A stretch of DNA of 64,000 nucleotides. It comes from Octopus sinensis. Lineage: Eukaryota. Position numbers and translations under genes: made by a program. Under the pieces are notes generated by a model. The model was not told the DNA's origin. It was given only the letters and a program-made list of their open reading frames with translations, and searched no databases. This document shows positions 11,197-24,020 of this stretch, piece after piece; positions within the stretch are counted from its first letter, which is position 1; each line of letters begins with the position of its first letter. The stretch spans positions 34,162,001 to 34,226,000 of the forward strand of contig NC_043005.1 of assembly GCF_006345805.1 (NCBI RefSeq), written 5' to 3'.

Positions 11197-13549
11197 TGTG
11201 TGTTTCTGTATGTCTTTCAACTTACAGACAAAACAACACAGACTTTAAAAAAAGACTTTCATTTTAAACAATTTATGAAGGTTTGAGCATAATTAACGAA
11301 TACTTTTACCAGTAGCATAGCAATGGGTAATGACCTAGTTATTATAATGAAACTTTTATCAAATTTCTTGATATTGATACAAAATCATGAAATGAATATT
11401 TAAAATTAAATTTAATAAAACAAAACAAAGATGTACATATTCATTCTTAATACATTCTGACAGATTTGAAAGTTAATTATGCTAATTACTGTTGTATTTT
11501 ATGTATGGAGAACAAATTTCTTATTTCTTATTTGTATAACTCATCCTATAAATACTCTCAATTATACCTCCTCCTCCTCTTTAAGATTATATCTTGCTGT
11601 GTGCATAGTGTTCTTTAAGTCATTGCCTGTCACTAAGCCTTGTATGTGCACTTGTCTTCCACCTCTTATGTTAATTTTCTCTGTATCAGTCTTTTACTCT
11701 CTCTCCCATTCTCTCTAAATGACTGGAGAAAACAACCACTAACCAACATTTGTATTGGCTAACATTATGCAGAGATGACTTGTAAATAATGGTTTATTAC
11801 ATGGACATGATATAGCAAGTATCTTTAGTAGGATTATGTGTATTATTGTCTTGTTGTCCTTATTGAACAAATTGTCATTGTTGTTTAGCATCAAAGTCCT
11901 TCTTTACATAGAATGGTGGAGGTGTGATTTGAGGGCAATTTGACAGTCTGTGTAATTGAACAGTTCTCCACCAACACAGTAATAGAATGCAGTGGAGTTT
12001 AGTAATGATAAGCACTTAACAAGCTGAGCTTTTAACCTTGTTCCAAGCTGTGGTCATTTTACCTGCATATTTTCCTTCTAGAAATCTGAGGCTTTTGTGT
12101 TCGTTCAGTTATGTTCATTTTTCCATGCTAGTATGGGTTAGATGAATATGTCATTGAAGCATTGTTTTTCAACTGGATGCCCTTCCTGTCACTAACCTTA
12201 ATCTGGATTTGAAGGTACAGAGCTACCTAATGATTTGTTCACAAGGAAAATGACAATGAATTTCACTGTTTGAATCTCAGCAATTTTTTCAGTGAAGCAC
12301 AAATGTAAACATTCAAATAGATGCCTCATACACGTGCTTGCATACATACACATCTACACATGCATGAACACATCCATACATGCATGTACACACACACATG
12401 CACATGCGCAAACACACACACACACACACACACAAGATGCTCTGTACAGTTTCTGTCCACAAAAATCATCTACAAGGCATTATCAGTTGGCCCAAGACAA
12501 TTGTAGAAGACACGTGTCCAAGGTGCCACATTATAGGACTGAATCTGAAACTCTGTGATCATGAAGTGAACTTCTTAACCACACAGCCTGTACATACTCA
12601 TGAGTAATAAATCCAGTTGCCTATTCCTCTTCCAAATGCAAATTCTACTGAAGGAAAATAAAATGGTAGAAATATTTAGTTTATATTATATAAAAAGGGT
12701 TGGTAAATTATCAAATGTAATAAAGGGTTAATAGATTAAGATTTTATTATATGTAATAAGAGTTAATAGATTAAGATTTTTTTCCTTATTCGCTAAGGGT
12801 TAATAAGTTGACTCTTTATAAATTAAATGCTTATCATGTATCTTAAGGGTTAATACATTCGTCTGTTATAGAAGGTGGTGAGTTGGCAGAATCATTAGCA
12901 CACCTGGTGAAATGCTTAGCAACATTTCATTTGTCTTTATGTTCTGAATTCAAATTCTGCCAAGGTTGACTTTGCCTTTCATCCTTTCAGTCTTGATAAA
13001 ATAAGTAACAATTGAGCACTGGATGGCAGGGGAAGGGGGGGGGGGCAACGTAATCCCCTGAAGTGTTTGGCTTTTTGCCAAAATTTGAAACCTACACATT
13101 AATATGCTATTATTTGTCCAAGTGACAAAACACGGGTGTTTTCAGTTAGATTCACATTACAAAAAATGCAGTTTAAGGTTTTCTGACACAAAAAATGTAG
13201 GTAGTTGTATAAATGATCTAAACTTTGTAAGTAGTCAGATAAATGTTATATTTAGATGAATATTGTTTAGGCCACTAAACAAACTGTTTAGTTACAGTGT
13301 TATTTTGTTTAAATTTATACCTGTATATGTTTAATTTTGTAGAAGGGATTGTAGGGGACAAAATATGAAGATGATGCAATAACATCAAGGACTGGATGGG
13401 AGGACTCTGATGAAGTGTATGACTAGCATGAGAGCAGTGTAAGGTGAGGAGTGGGTACTGTGTCTGAGCCACAGGGAAAGATTTTGGCAGAGTGTGTGTG
13501 TGTGGGGGGGGGGGGTGTATTTTAGCAAGTTTTATATTATGGTTGGTTA

Positions 13550-13701
13550 CAGAGTGACCATTGATTTCGCCCCTATGAAGTACTTAGCTGTGTAGGTGAC
13601 TTGTCAGACTCAAATGGCCAAAAGCACATAACTTCTTGAATCCAGTGAGTAGCTTAAACTGCTAAGCGCTTTGTTGGTGCAAAACCAATGGTCACTTTCT
13701 G
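13550..13701. mobile_element. Possible short MITE
   Basis: Imperfect terminal inverted repeats: CAGAGTGACCATTGATTTCGCCCC and GGTGCAAAACCAATGGTCACTTTCTG; TA on the left. Confidence 0.4.
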
Positions 13702-13944
13702 AATGGCCGTAACTTTTAACTTCTTAAAAATATATTACTGCTCTAATGCTTTAAAGTTTGCTTCTTTTCCGATGTATGAACTACCGACGATTTCTATATA
13801 GGTGCAAGAGTGGCTGTGTGGTAAGAAGCTTGCTTTCTAACCACATGGTTCTGGGTTCAGTCCTACTGTGTGGCACTTTGGGCAAATGACTTCTACTATA
13901 GCTTCAGGCTGACCAAAGCCTTGTGAAACTGAAAGAAGCCTGTC

Positions 13945-13976
<32 letters not shown>

Positions 13977-14097
13977 TAATATCAGGGTAAGAAAAAATTT
14001 TAGAAATTTTTACTACCAGTGGTCTTCAAAAATTATAATATATAAGCATGGAGCACATGCTGGATTGCCTCGTATTTATATGTTTAATCTAGGTATA

Positions 14098-14166
14098 CCT
14101 GATGATGAAGACTTTACCTAGCAAATTATTTATTTGCTAATTTAAAGTCAGAAACCATGGTCCAGG
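14098..14166 (+). ncRNA. Minimal type I hammerhead motif, unit 1 (core ATGATGA)
   Basis: CCTG ATGATGA A GACTTT...TAGCAAAT tattt ATTTGCTA...AAAGTC A GAAA C CATG G TC CAGG. Palindromic ACCATGGT; GUC at 14160-14162. Confidence 0.6.
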
Positions 14167-14562
14167 AAATAGATGATAAATGTTTTTATTTTTCATTCCC
14201 TTCGAAATTTATCCCCATTAGTGGTTTGGATTTTGGCTATTTCTTCTCGTGTGCCAGGTATCCTATGATTGATACCTCTTATGTGTTTAAATGTAGACAG
14301 TATTTATATGAATAATATATTGTCTATTGACTAATTTTTCTACATGCTAGGTCACTTGTAGTAAAAATTTCTAAAATTTTTCTTACCCTGATATTATTAA
14401 TTATTGATAATTTTTCTGACAAAATTTTTGAAGTAACGCCGGCATTATTTTATATGCTGCCGATAAAAAACTGCGCTTGCACAGTGAATTTGAAAAATTA
14501 TAATATATAAGCATAGGGTACATGCTGGATTGCTTTGTATTTATATGCTTAATCTAGGAGTA

Positions 14563-14632
14563 CCTGTTGATGAAGACTTCACCAAGCAAATTACTTTATT
14601 TGCTAATTTAAAGTCAGAAACCATGGTCCAGG
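14563..14632 (+). ncRNA. Minimal type I hammerhead motif, unit 2 (C3U core TTGATGA)
   Basis: CCTG TTGATGA (14567-14573) A GACTT...AAGTC A GAAA C CATG G TC CAGG; GUC at 14626-14628. Confidence 0.7.
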
Positions 14633-15145
14633 AAATAGATGGTAAATGTTTTTATTTTTCATTCTCTTCGAAATTTATCCACAATAGTGGTTTGGATTTT
14701 GGCTATTCCTTCTAGTGTGCCAGGTATCCTATGATTGATACCTCTTATGTGTTTAAATGTAGACAGTATTTATATGAATAATATATAGTCTATTGACTAA
14801 TTTTTCTACATGCTAGGCCACTGGTAGTAAAAATTTCTAAAATTTTTTCTTACCCTGATATTATTAATTATTGATAAATTTTCTGTCAAATTTTCAAAGT
14901 AACACCGACATTATTTTATATGCTGCCGATAAAAAACTGCGCTTGCATGGTGGATTTGAAAAATTATAATATATAAGCACTGTATTTATATATATATATA
15001 TATATATATATGTATAAGGAAAAATAAGAAAAGACAATATCGCATCTTACAACTGTTTCTATTTGCACTATTTTGGGCATAATCAGTAATTCATTGGATA
15101 CAAATATCCCTTAGACAGTTTTTATAACCTCTATCTGAACTCACC

Positions 15146-15246
<101 letters not shown>

Positions 15247-15474
15247 TTGTGCGTCTATGTTTGTCCCTCCACTATCACTTGACAACCAATATTGGTGTCT
15301 TGTTTAAATCCCCGTAACTTAGTGGTTCAGCAAAGAGATCAATAGAATAAGTACTAGTCTTACAAAGAATAAGTCCTGAGGTTGGTTCCTTTGACTAAAG
15401 GCGGTGCTCAAACATGGCCACAGTCAAATGAGTGAAACAAATAAAAGAATATATGTATACACACACATGCATAT

Positions 15475-15509
<35 letters not shown>

Positions 15510-16166
15510 AGGTTTATTACATGGATAGGTATGAGATATGTGGCCTAATAGTTAGGGTACTAGATTTACTATAGCAAGATGATGGTTTTGATTCCCAAAT
15601 TGGTGCATTGTGTTCTTGAGTAACACACCTTATTTCATATTGTTCAGTGATCACTTTGAACAGAAAATGTCATTTTGATGGAGGGAGTGAGCTAATGTAC
15701 AGCACACACGTTTGATAAATTTAAACAAATCATCCATGCAAATTGTTCAGCAAGAAGTTGCACAGTTCTCATCTGTTGTATACAGTAAAAGGGTCCACTA
15801 AATGACAAGCATCTTTTCAGTTTCTTTCAGCTTTGGCCATCCCAGGGCTATAGTAGAGAACACTTGCCAAAGGTGCCATGCAGCAGGATGGAACCCAAAA
15901 CAAGGTGGTTAGAACAAACTTCTCAATGCCTGCATATACACATACATACATTATGGCTGCCCCCTCGTTATCGAGTATGGCCATTGCACGAAGCTTAACT
16001 TTACTGGTGCTGTGATCGAATGTGACTTTTTAGCCCAGCTAAAGATCTACAATGTCTTGTACATACATACATACATACATACATACATACACACATACAC
16101 ACACACACATACATACATACATACATACATACATACATACATACATACATACATACATACATACAT

Positions 16167-16667
16167 AGAAATCTGCAGTTACTCTATCCAGATTGCAAGT
16201 TCAGGTTTATACCTGTAATTGTTGGAACCTTGAGATCTGTAACACACTGCCTAAATACCAATCTTGAGAAATTAGGCTTCTCAAAACCAGAAAGGAGAAC
16301 GCTAATTTGAAGACTACAGATCCTATCCATCACTGGAACTGTAAAAATATGTAAAACTTTCCAGAAGTTTATCATTTAAATATATATATGAGCATGTCTA
16401 GATATGCTACTATATGCATGAGAATATATACATAAAGCAAAACATATAAATCTGCGCATATACATCCATCCATCCATCCATACATACATACATACATACA
16501 TACATACACACATACATACAGACAGACAGACAGACAGGCATACATACATACAAACAAACAAAAATACCCTGTTGTTGATGTTGAAATTCCAATGAAGGAG
16601 CCTTGAATTTAGGTTAGAAAGCAGCTCTTTATTAGCAAGAAATCTTGAAATGAAACTGAACAATGAC
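16167..16667 (+). mobile_element. 5'-truncated RLE-type LINE 3' end, flanked by (CATA)n
   Basis: Frame 16167-16379: RNLQLLYPDCKFRFIPVIVGTLRSV...LEKLGF...LI*RLQILSITGTVKICKTF. This matches the IP.IIGALG...LQ...GT..I tail of RLE elements. (CATA)n at ~16061-16166 and ~16668-16740. Confidence 0.75.
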
Positions 16668-18024
16668 ATACATACATACATACATACATACATACATACA
16701 TACATACATACATACATACATACATACATACATACATACACACATATATATTATACATATATTCAAATATACATGCAAGCACACACACACACACCAATGC
16801 TATTGGTTTAGAATTCTCTTTTAGGCACCATAAATAAAGGCATCATATATTAGGTTTGAGTGTCCCCAGAGAGGACCAAATAATAGCTTATTTTGATCAG
16901 TTTTGGCAGAGAAAATAAGGTTTATTTTCCCCATGGGAACATTGAGATAGGAATGTCATTTCCATTGGTGGTTGTTGTTTTCTAGAACTCTTGCATTATT
17001 GATTTCAGGTAGAGATGTGACTTGCTGGTTATCAATGAGTTTCATTTTTTTTGTGCATTGTACAGCTGCTCTAGATGTATCTCTGCAAATATATTACTTA
17101 TATAACTACAGAGCTGTGTTATTAATTTTCTCTTTTTTTTTCTAATTGCTTTGTTTTATTTGGAGTTTTTATAAGCGCATTACATGTCCAACACAGAGAT
17201 TATAGTAAGCTTATGTTTTCTTGTTAACAACGCTGTATTACGCAATATACCTTTAGCATTATTTTCATTTAAAATGTATGATACAAATAAAAATTACTCT
17301 AAATATTGCTTTCAAATTTTGGCCCAAGGCCAGCAAGCTTGGGGAAGGGGTAAATTAATTACTTCGAACCCAGTACTCAACTGGTACTTATTTTACTGAC
17401 CCCAAAAGGATGAAAAGCAAAGTTAATCTCGGGGGTATTTGAACTCAGAATGTAAAGATAGACAAAATGCTGCAAAGCACTTTGTCTGACATGGTAATGA
17501 TTTTACCAGATCACTGCCTTAATAACACTAAATATTAATATTTATATTATATTCTCATTTATTTGTGTATTTTTCAATTAATGTTTTAGAAATAATATTC
17601 TGATTGTTACAGTCCAACACACCAACATCATTTAAATACGATTAAAATACACACTAACCCCATTAAAATACCATTCAAATATATTTACACACACATACAT
17701 ATGCACACACACACACATACACACACACACACACACATATATAAGGTTTATAACATGGATAGGCATGAGACATGTGGCCTAATAGTTACACAAATGAATG
17801 TGTAACTCAGTTGTGATACCTAGCTGGAACTAATTTTGTTTTAGTTTACCTCTTCTCTTAATATTCTTGGGAAAGGCATGAATGCTATATCTTCTGTTTC
17901 CTCTTAGTCTGGATATCTATGAAAAACTCTTGAGAAATGATATTATTACTGTTGCTGTTGTTTTTGCTTAGCCCCAGGTTAGCCTTACATGAGTGTACAT
18001 GAAATTTAAGGGATTCTTCTCTCT

Positions 18025-18091
<67 letters not shown>

Positions 18092-18284
18092 GTTCTCTGT
18101 CTCTCTTTCTCTGGGATTGAGTATCTGGGAACTACATTATCAAAGGTACCATTTCAAAATGGTAGGGTATAATTTAAGGGAGATTTAGTTGTTATTCCTA
18201 GCAGGTCTCACAATTTCATAGAGGCTTTTCTCCCTTTACATCACCCCATGTTCCTTCAATATTTTGTTTATATTCTTAACGGTG

Positions 18285-19130
18285 GCAAGCAGACAGAGCC
18301 ATTAGTGCACTAGACAAAATACTTAGTAGTATTTCTCCTGACTCATTACATTTTGAGTTCAAATTCTCCCAAGGTCAACTTTGCCTTTCAGCCTTTCAGG
18401 GTTGATAGAATAAAGTACCAGTTGATCACTGGAAAAGATCGATGTAATCAGTTGACCACCTTCCCACTAAAATTGCTGGCCTTCTTCCAATATTTGAAAC
18501 CATTTTTAGAGGGTGGATAAAGGTGGCAAAATATTTAAACAATCGGGCAAGATGCCATGCCTATTTCTTCCAACTTTTCATGTTCTGAGTGTAGTTCCTA
18601 CTGGGGTCAACATTGCCTTTTGTTATTTTGGTGTCAATAAAATAAAGTACCAGCTAGATACTTGGAATGATGGTATCAACTATCCCGCTTTGTCCCTGAA
18701 TAAGAAATCATCATCATTATTATCAAAGGTTATGAGCTGGTAGAACTGTTAGCATGCCAGGCTAAATGCCTTCACTTTTTAGGTTCAAATTCCGCTGAGG
18801 TCGACTTTGCCTTTCATCATCTTGGGATGGATAAAATAAGTACCTGCTGAATACTAAGGTTGATGTAAACAACTGACCCCCTCCTCTGGAATTACTGGCC
18901 TTGTGCCAGAATTTGAGATCATTATTATCAAATAGAATGGTGGGATCATTACAGTGTTTCTTCTGCTTCTTCATGTTCTAAGTTCAAATCCCACCAAAGT
19001 CAACACTACTTTTTATCCTTTCATGGTCAATAAAATAAAGGACTGATCAAGTACTGTATTCGATATATTCAGCTGTACCCCTCCCTCTAAATTTCTGGCC
19101 TTGTGCCTTTGTTAGAGACAATTATGAGAA
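18285..19130 (+). mobile_element. Four consecutive same-strand SINE family A copies
   Basis: The blocks GAGTTCAAATT, GCCTTT, GATAAAATAA(A/G)GTACC and GCTGGCCTT recur at ~18285, 18505, 18730 and 18935. Confidence 0.7.
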
Positions 19131-20576
19131 GAGAGATGAGAGATGAGTTCTCTCTCTTTACTCTCCTTCCAATTCTACGTTTTGGACACCTCCAATATCA
19201 GAAGCTTCTTTCAGTTGTCAAATTCTGAATTTAAAAAAGAGACAACCACATATTCCAATGGGACACTGCAATCAATAGTGAGACATTTAGTTTTTGGGAA
19301 TATTTTCTTTCTTACAATATTGGTTTCAAATTTTTGCACAGAGCCAGCAATTTTGGGGAGTGGCTAAATTGGTTACATCAGTCCCAGTGCTCAACTGGTA
19401 CTCATTTTATTGACCCCAGAAGGATCAAAGACAAAGTCAATGTCAGTGGAGTTGAACTCAGAATGTACAAACAGATGAAATGCTATAAAAGCATTTTGAC
19501 CATCCTGCTAACAATTCTGCCAGCTCGCCTTTTCTCGTGTTTTCAATATTAAATATGAGAACATTTTTAAACATTCATTTTGGTTTTCTTCTCATTATAA
19601 TTAATTTTGAATTTGGACTTAATTAATATTCTAATCAAGAAAATTTCCAATTCCAACAGAGCAAATTGTATATTCCTTTCTATCTGTTCAGCTATAACTG
19701 GCTCTTAGTGTATCAATAATTATCAAACCTTTCCTATGACAACTAACTCTCCTGGCTGTTAACATTTAATTCAACACTCTACACTCATTCTTTTTCTCAA
19801 GTGGTTTGCTGTCATGTAAAGAGAATGGGATGGGGAAAGGTGAGCTGGGAATTAGGGTAGCAACATGTCCACTGAATGGACATGATTTAATGATACTTCA
19901 GCCAAAAGATAACTCCCTATTTGCAGGGTCCTCCCCATTCCACTGCTCCGACAAGCTCAAAGGAACTTTCATAGCAGAAAATTTTATTGTATTTTAGTGT
20001 GCAGAAATTTTATCATGCTAACCACCTCCATAACAACCACCACTGCCACTGCCACCACCACCACCACCACCACCACCACCCATCATAATCCCATCATAAA
20101 TTTTGCTAGTCTGTGGGTATTTCAAGCCACAAACAAACCAGTATTATAGTCAATAATGATTAAAAATACTGACTGTTCTTCTGTTTAAAATAATATAGAT
20201 TTTTAAATAAAGCTTTTTGATGTTTTTGGCAACCAAATCGGTATTTATGGTTTTATTTTGTTTTGTGTTTTTAGATCTAAGAGAAGACACCACATCACTC
20301 TAATGAAGGATACCAGTGTTAATCAATGTTAGTTTTGCAGGTCAGAAATGAAGCCTTTTATTAATTTTCTATTTTGCATTGATATCAGAATTATTACTGC
20401 AGAAGTTTCTCCAGGATATTTACTGTGTGTGTGTGTGTGTGTGGTGTGTATATATATATATATATAGGGCACAGATAGTGTGTCTATAGCCAGCTGGAGG
20501 AGATATCTTCCTGGGGCTACAAAGTACAGTAGCATCCACCCTTAGGGGTTAGCCATATTCAAATGGCAAATATGCG

Positions 20577-20612
<36 letters not shown>

Positions 20613-20765
20613 GAAATGAAGAAAATGCTGACAAAATAATTTAAGTAAGGGAGAGTGTATTAATTAGGTGAAAGTTCTTTTTACCGGTTGCGCATTTGTT
20701 ATGCTTATCAAAAGATATTTTTTAAAGAGAGATAGAGTTCCTTTCTGATAGATTTTTTTCTCTTA

Positions 20766-20840
<75 letters not shown>

Positions 20841-21046
20841 CTTTTACTCTTCTGCTCTTTACATGTTTCAGTCATTTTGACTGTAGCCATGCAAGAGCAT
20901 GCCTTAAAGGGTTTTTAGTCTAAGTAATTGACCCCAGTACTTATTCTATTGGTTTCTTTTGCAGAACTGCTAAGTTATGGAGAATGTAAACACAGCAACA
21001 TTGGTTGTCAGGCGATGATGGGAGAACAAACACAGACACACACGCA

Positions 21047-21093
<47 letters not shown>

Positions 21094-21192
21094 ACATATG
21101 TATATATGTATGTTGTTTGTTGTTTACACACCTGTCTTCATCTTTTGTATATATATATATATATATGTGTGTGTGTATATATATATATATAT

Positions 21193-21390
21193 GTGCAGGT
21201 GGCACGTAAAAAGCACCCACTACACTCACGGAGTGGTTGGCGTTAGGAAGGGCATCCAGCTGTAGAAACATTGCCAAATTAGACTGGAGCCTGGTGCAGC
21301 CTTCTGGCTTCCCAGAACCCCGGTCGAACCGTCCAACCCATGCTAGCATGGAGAACGGACGTTAAACGACGATGATGATGATGATGATGA
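21193..21390 (+). mobile_element. RTE 3' UTR fragment with (GAT)n tail; near-identical twin at 21682-21880
   Basis: I saw 2 mismatches over ~190 bp between the two copies; the ORF track gives identical antisense peptides. Confidence 0.8.
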
Positions 21391-21881
21391 TATATACACA
21401 CACAATAAACTTCTTTTAGTTTCTGTCTATCAAATCCACTCACAAGGCTTTGGTTGGCCCAAGGCTATAGTAGAAGACACTTGCCCAAAGTGCCATGCAG
21501 TGAGACTGTACCTAGAACCATGTGGTTGGGAAGTGAGCTTCTTACTATAGAACCACACTTGCACTTAACACACACATACACACACACACCACACACACAT
21601 ATATAATATATATATATATATATATAATATATATATATATACTTAGAATATTATATGTATATATATATATATAGTGTGCTGTGCAGGTGGCACGTAAAAA
21701 GCACCCACTACACTCACGGAGTGGTTGGCGTTAGGAAGGGCATCCAGCTGTAGAAACATTGCCAGATTAGACTGGAGCCTGGTGCAGCCTTCTGGCTTCC
21801 CAGATCCCCGGTCGAACCGTCCAACCCATGCTAGCATGGAGAACGGACGTTAAACGATGATGATGATGATGATGATGATTG

Positions 21882-22380
21882 TGACCCCCTTCAGTCATGA
21901 ATGACCATGGGATTGCACCTAGAAAGTACCCTCTGAGGCACAAGTCTGGGCAAGGTTGTTTATGGAAGACCAGCAGCCGCCCACACATACCAGCCTCCCC
22001 TCTCCATGCCACCGATGTTATCTAAGGGAAAGGCAAAGGCCGATACAGCTTGGCACCAGTGACGTTACTGCTCATTTATTAATGTGCAAGTGGCAGAGCA
22101 TTCCACAGACACGTGTACTCTTAACGTAGTTCTCAGAAAGATTCAGTGTGACACAGAGTGTTACAAAGCTGGCCCTTTGAAATACAACAGAAACAGGAAG
22201 AAAGAGTGAGAGAAAGTTGTGGTGAAAGAGTACAGCAGGGTTCGCCACCCCTCCCTGCCGGAGCCTCGTGGAGCTTTAGGTGTTTTCGCTCAATAAACAC
22301 TCACAATGCCTGGTCTAGGAATCGAAACTGCGATCCTACGACCACGAGTCTGCTGCCCAAACCATTGGGCCATTGCGCCT
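21882..22380 (-). mobile_element. tRNA-derived SINE family C, long-tail variant
   Basis: Head AGGCGCAATGGCCCAATGG...GTTTCGATTCC. Body is shared with 55546-55855; the 3' ~200 bp differs. Confidence 0.75.
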
Positions 22381-22658
22381 CCCCCCCACACATATATATA
22401 TAGATTGCTAGCCACTACACATTCTTTATTTTATCTCCTTGTTTCTTTCTATGTTCCCTTCTGTGGAAGAGCGTAGGCTCAAAACGTTAAAGACTTTTTC
22501 ACTTCCTGACCGTTATATAATATATCTGTTTGTTGTCTACACCACCTGTCTTCGTCTTTTGTTTGTTTGTGAATCCTCCCCCTAGATATATATACGTGTA
22601 TGTGTGTGTATGTATGTATATATGTACGTATATATACATATATATATATACATACATA

Positions 22659-22690
<32 letters not shown>

Positions 22691-23349
22691 CACACACCAC
22701 CACACATATATATACATATCTATACTTGTATATATACTTAGAATACTGATTTTAAATTTTGGCACAAGGCCAGCAAGTTTGAAGGAAGGGGCTAGTCAAT
22801 TACATCATATATAGGTCAAGTGGTTGTGGGGGACAAACACAGAAACAAAGATACACACACATAGATTTATATATAATTATATATGACACTCTTCTTTCAG
22901 TTTTTGTCTATCAAGTCCACTGACTAGGTTTTGGCTGGTCTGGGGTTATAGTAAAAGTTACTTGCCCAAGGTACCACACAGTGGTCTGAACCTGGAATCA
23001 TGTATTTGGGAAGCAAGTTTCTTACCACATAGTCATGCCTACACCAATATATATTCATATCTATACCTATCTCTCTCTTTCTCTCTTTCTCTCTTTCTCT
23101 TTCTCTCTCACTCTTTCTCACTCTCTCTCCTTTCTGCATAGACACTCGTGCATGCACACACACACACACACACATGCACACATACATGTGAGTGTATAGA
23201 TATGCATACTGTGCGCATATCTATATATCTTGGATAGAGTATGTATTTTCATTTTCACTGCCTGACACAATTTAAAACTGGCACATATATATAACTGTAT
23301 GTATGAATGTATGTATATATATAGTATACATATGCATACATTATCTATA

Positions 23350-23440
<91 letters not shown>

Positions 23441-23961
23441 CTATTTATTTATATATACACACACATGCATATAAGCATATATATACACACATACATATAC
23501 TTATATGTTTATATATATATAAATACAAACACATAGACACACATATTCCCTAGAACACTTGGGAGGAACAAAACTTTCATCTGATCAAATCAATACATTG
23601 ATTTCTGATCTATAGACATAATCATTGCCAGTTTGTGAAGAGTCTAGCTTGGAAACTAGTCATTTAGAAGAAATTCTTTGTAATTTCTCGTCTCACCTCA
23701 CCCTCTCCTCATGGAACCTAAGAGGCTAAACTCAGCTCATCTTTTACCTCAATGCCTGACACTTTTGTGATGACCAAACAAAATAAGTCATGATTGATTC
23801 TCTTCCACATTTCATTTCTCTTTGTTCTCTGACCGAAAAATCTGACTGAAAAATAAATTATTTCAAATATTTTAACTGGAACGACTTTTGGTCCCAATTG
23901 ATTTGACACGCTGCTTCTTTTTAAGTATGTTACAGTTGAGTTTAATAATAAGTGGTGGGAA

Positions 23962-24020
<59 letters not shown>

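Larger units (their letters stand above)
13971..14980 (+). mobile_element. Tandem ~465 bp hammerhead-containing repeat (2 units plus stub) with a 54 bp inverted 5' piece; Penelope pLTR or retrozyme-like
   Basis: Unit anchor AAAAATTATAATATATAAGCA at 14028, 14493 and 14959. 13971-14024 is the reverse complement of ~14816-14869 (1 mismatch). Flanked by (TA)n on both sides. Confidence 0.85.

Noticed and set aside
17009-17204. Hydrophobic exon-like segment between a TTTCAG acceptor and a GTAAGC donor
   Set aside because: There is an in-frame TAA at 17143-17145 unless the poly-T run has a sequencing error, and the peptide is unrecognised.
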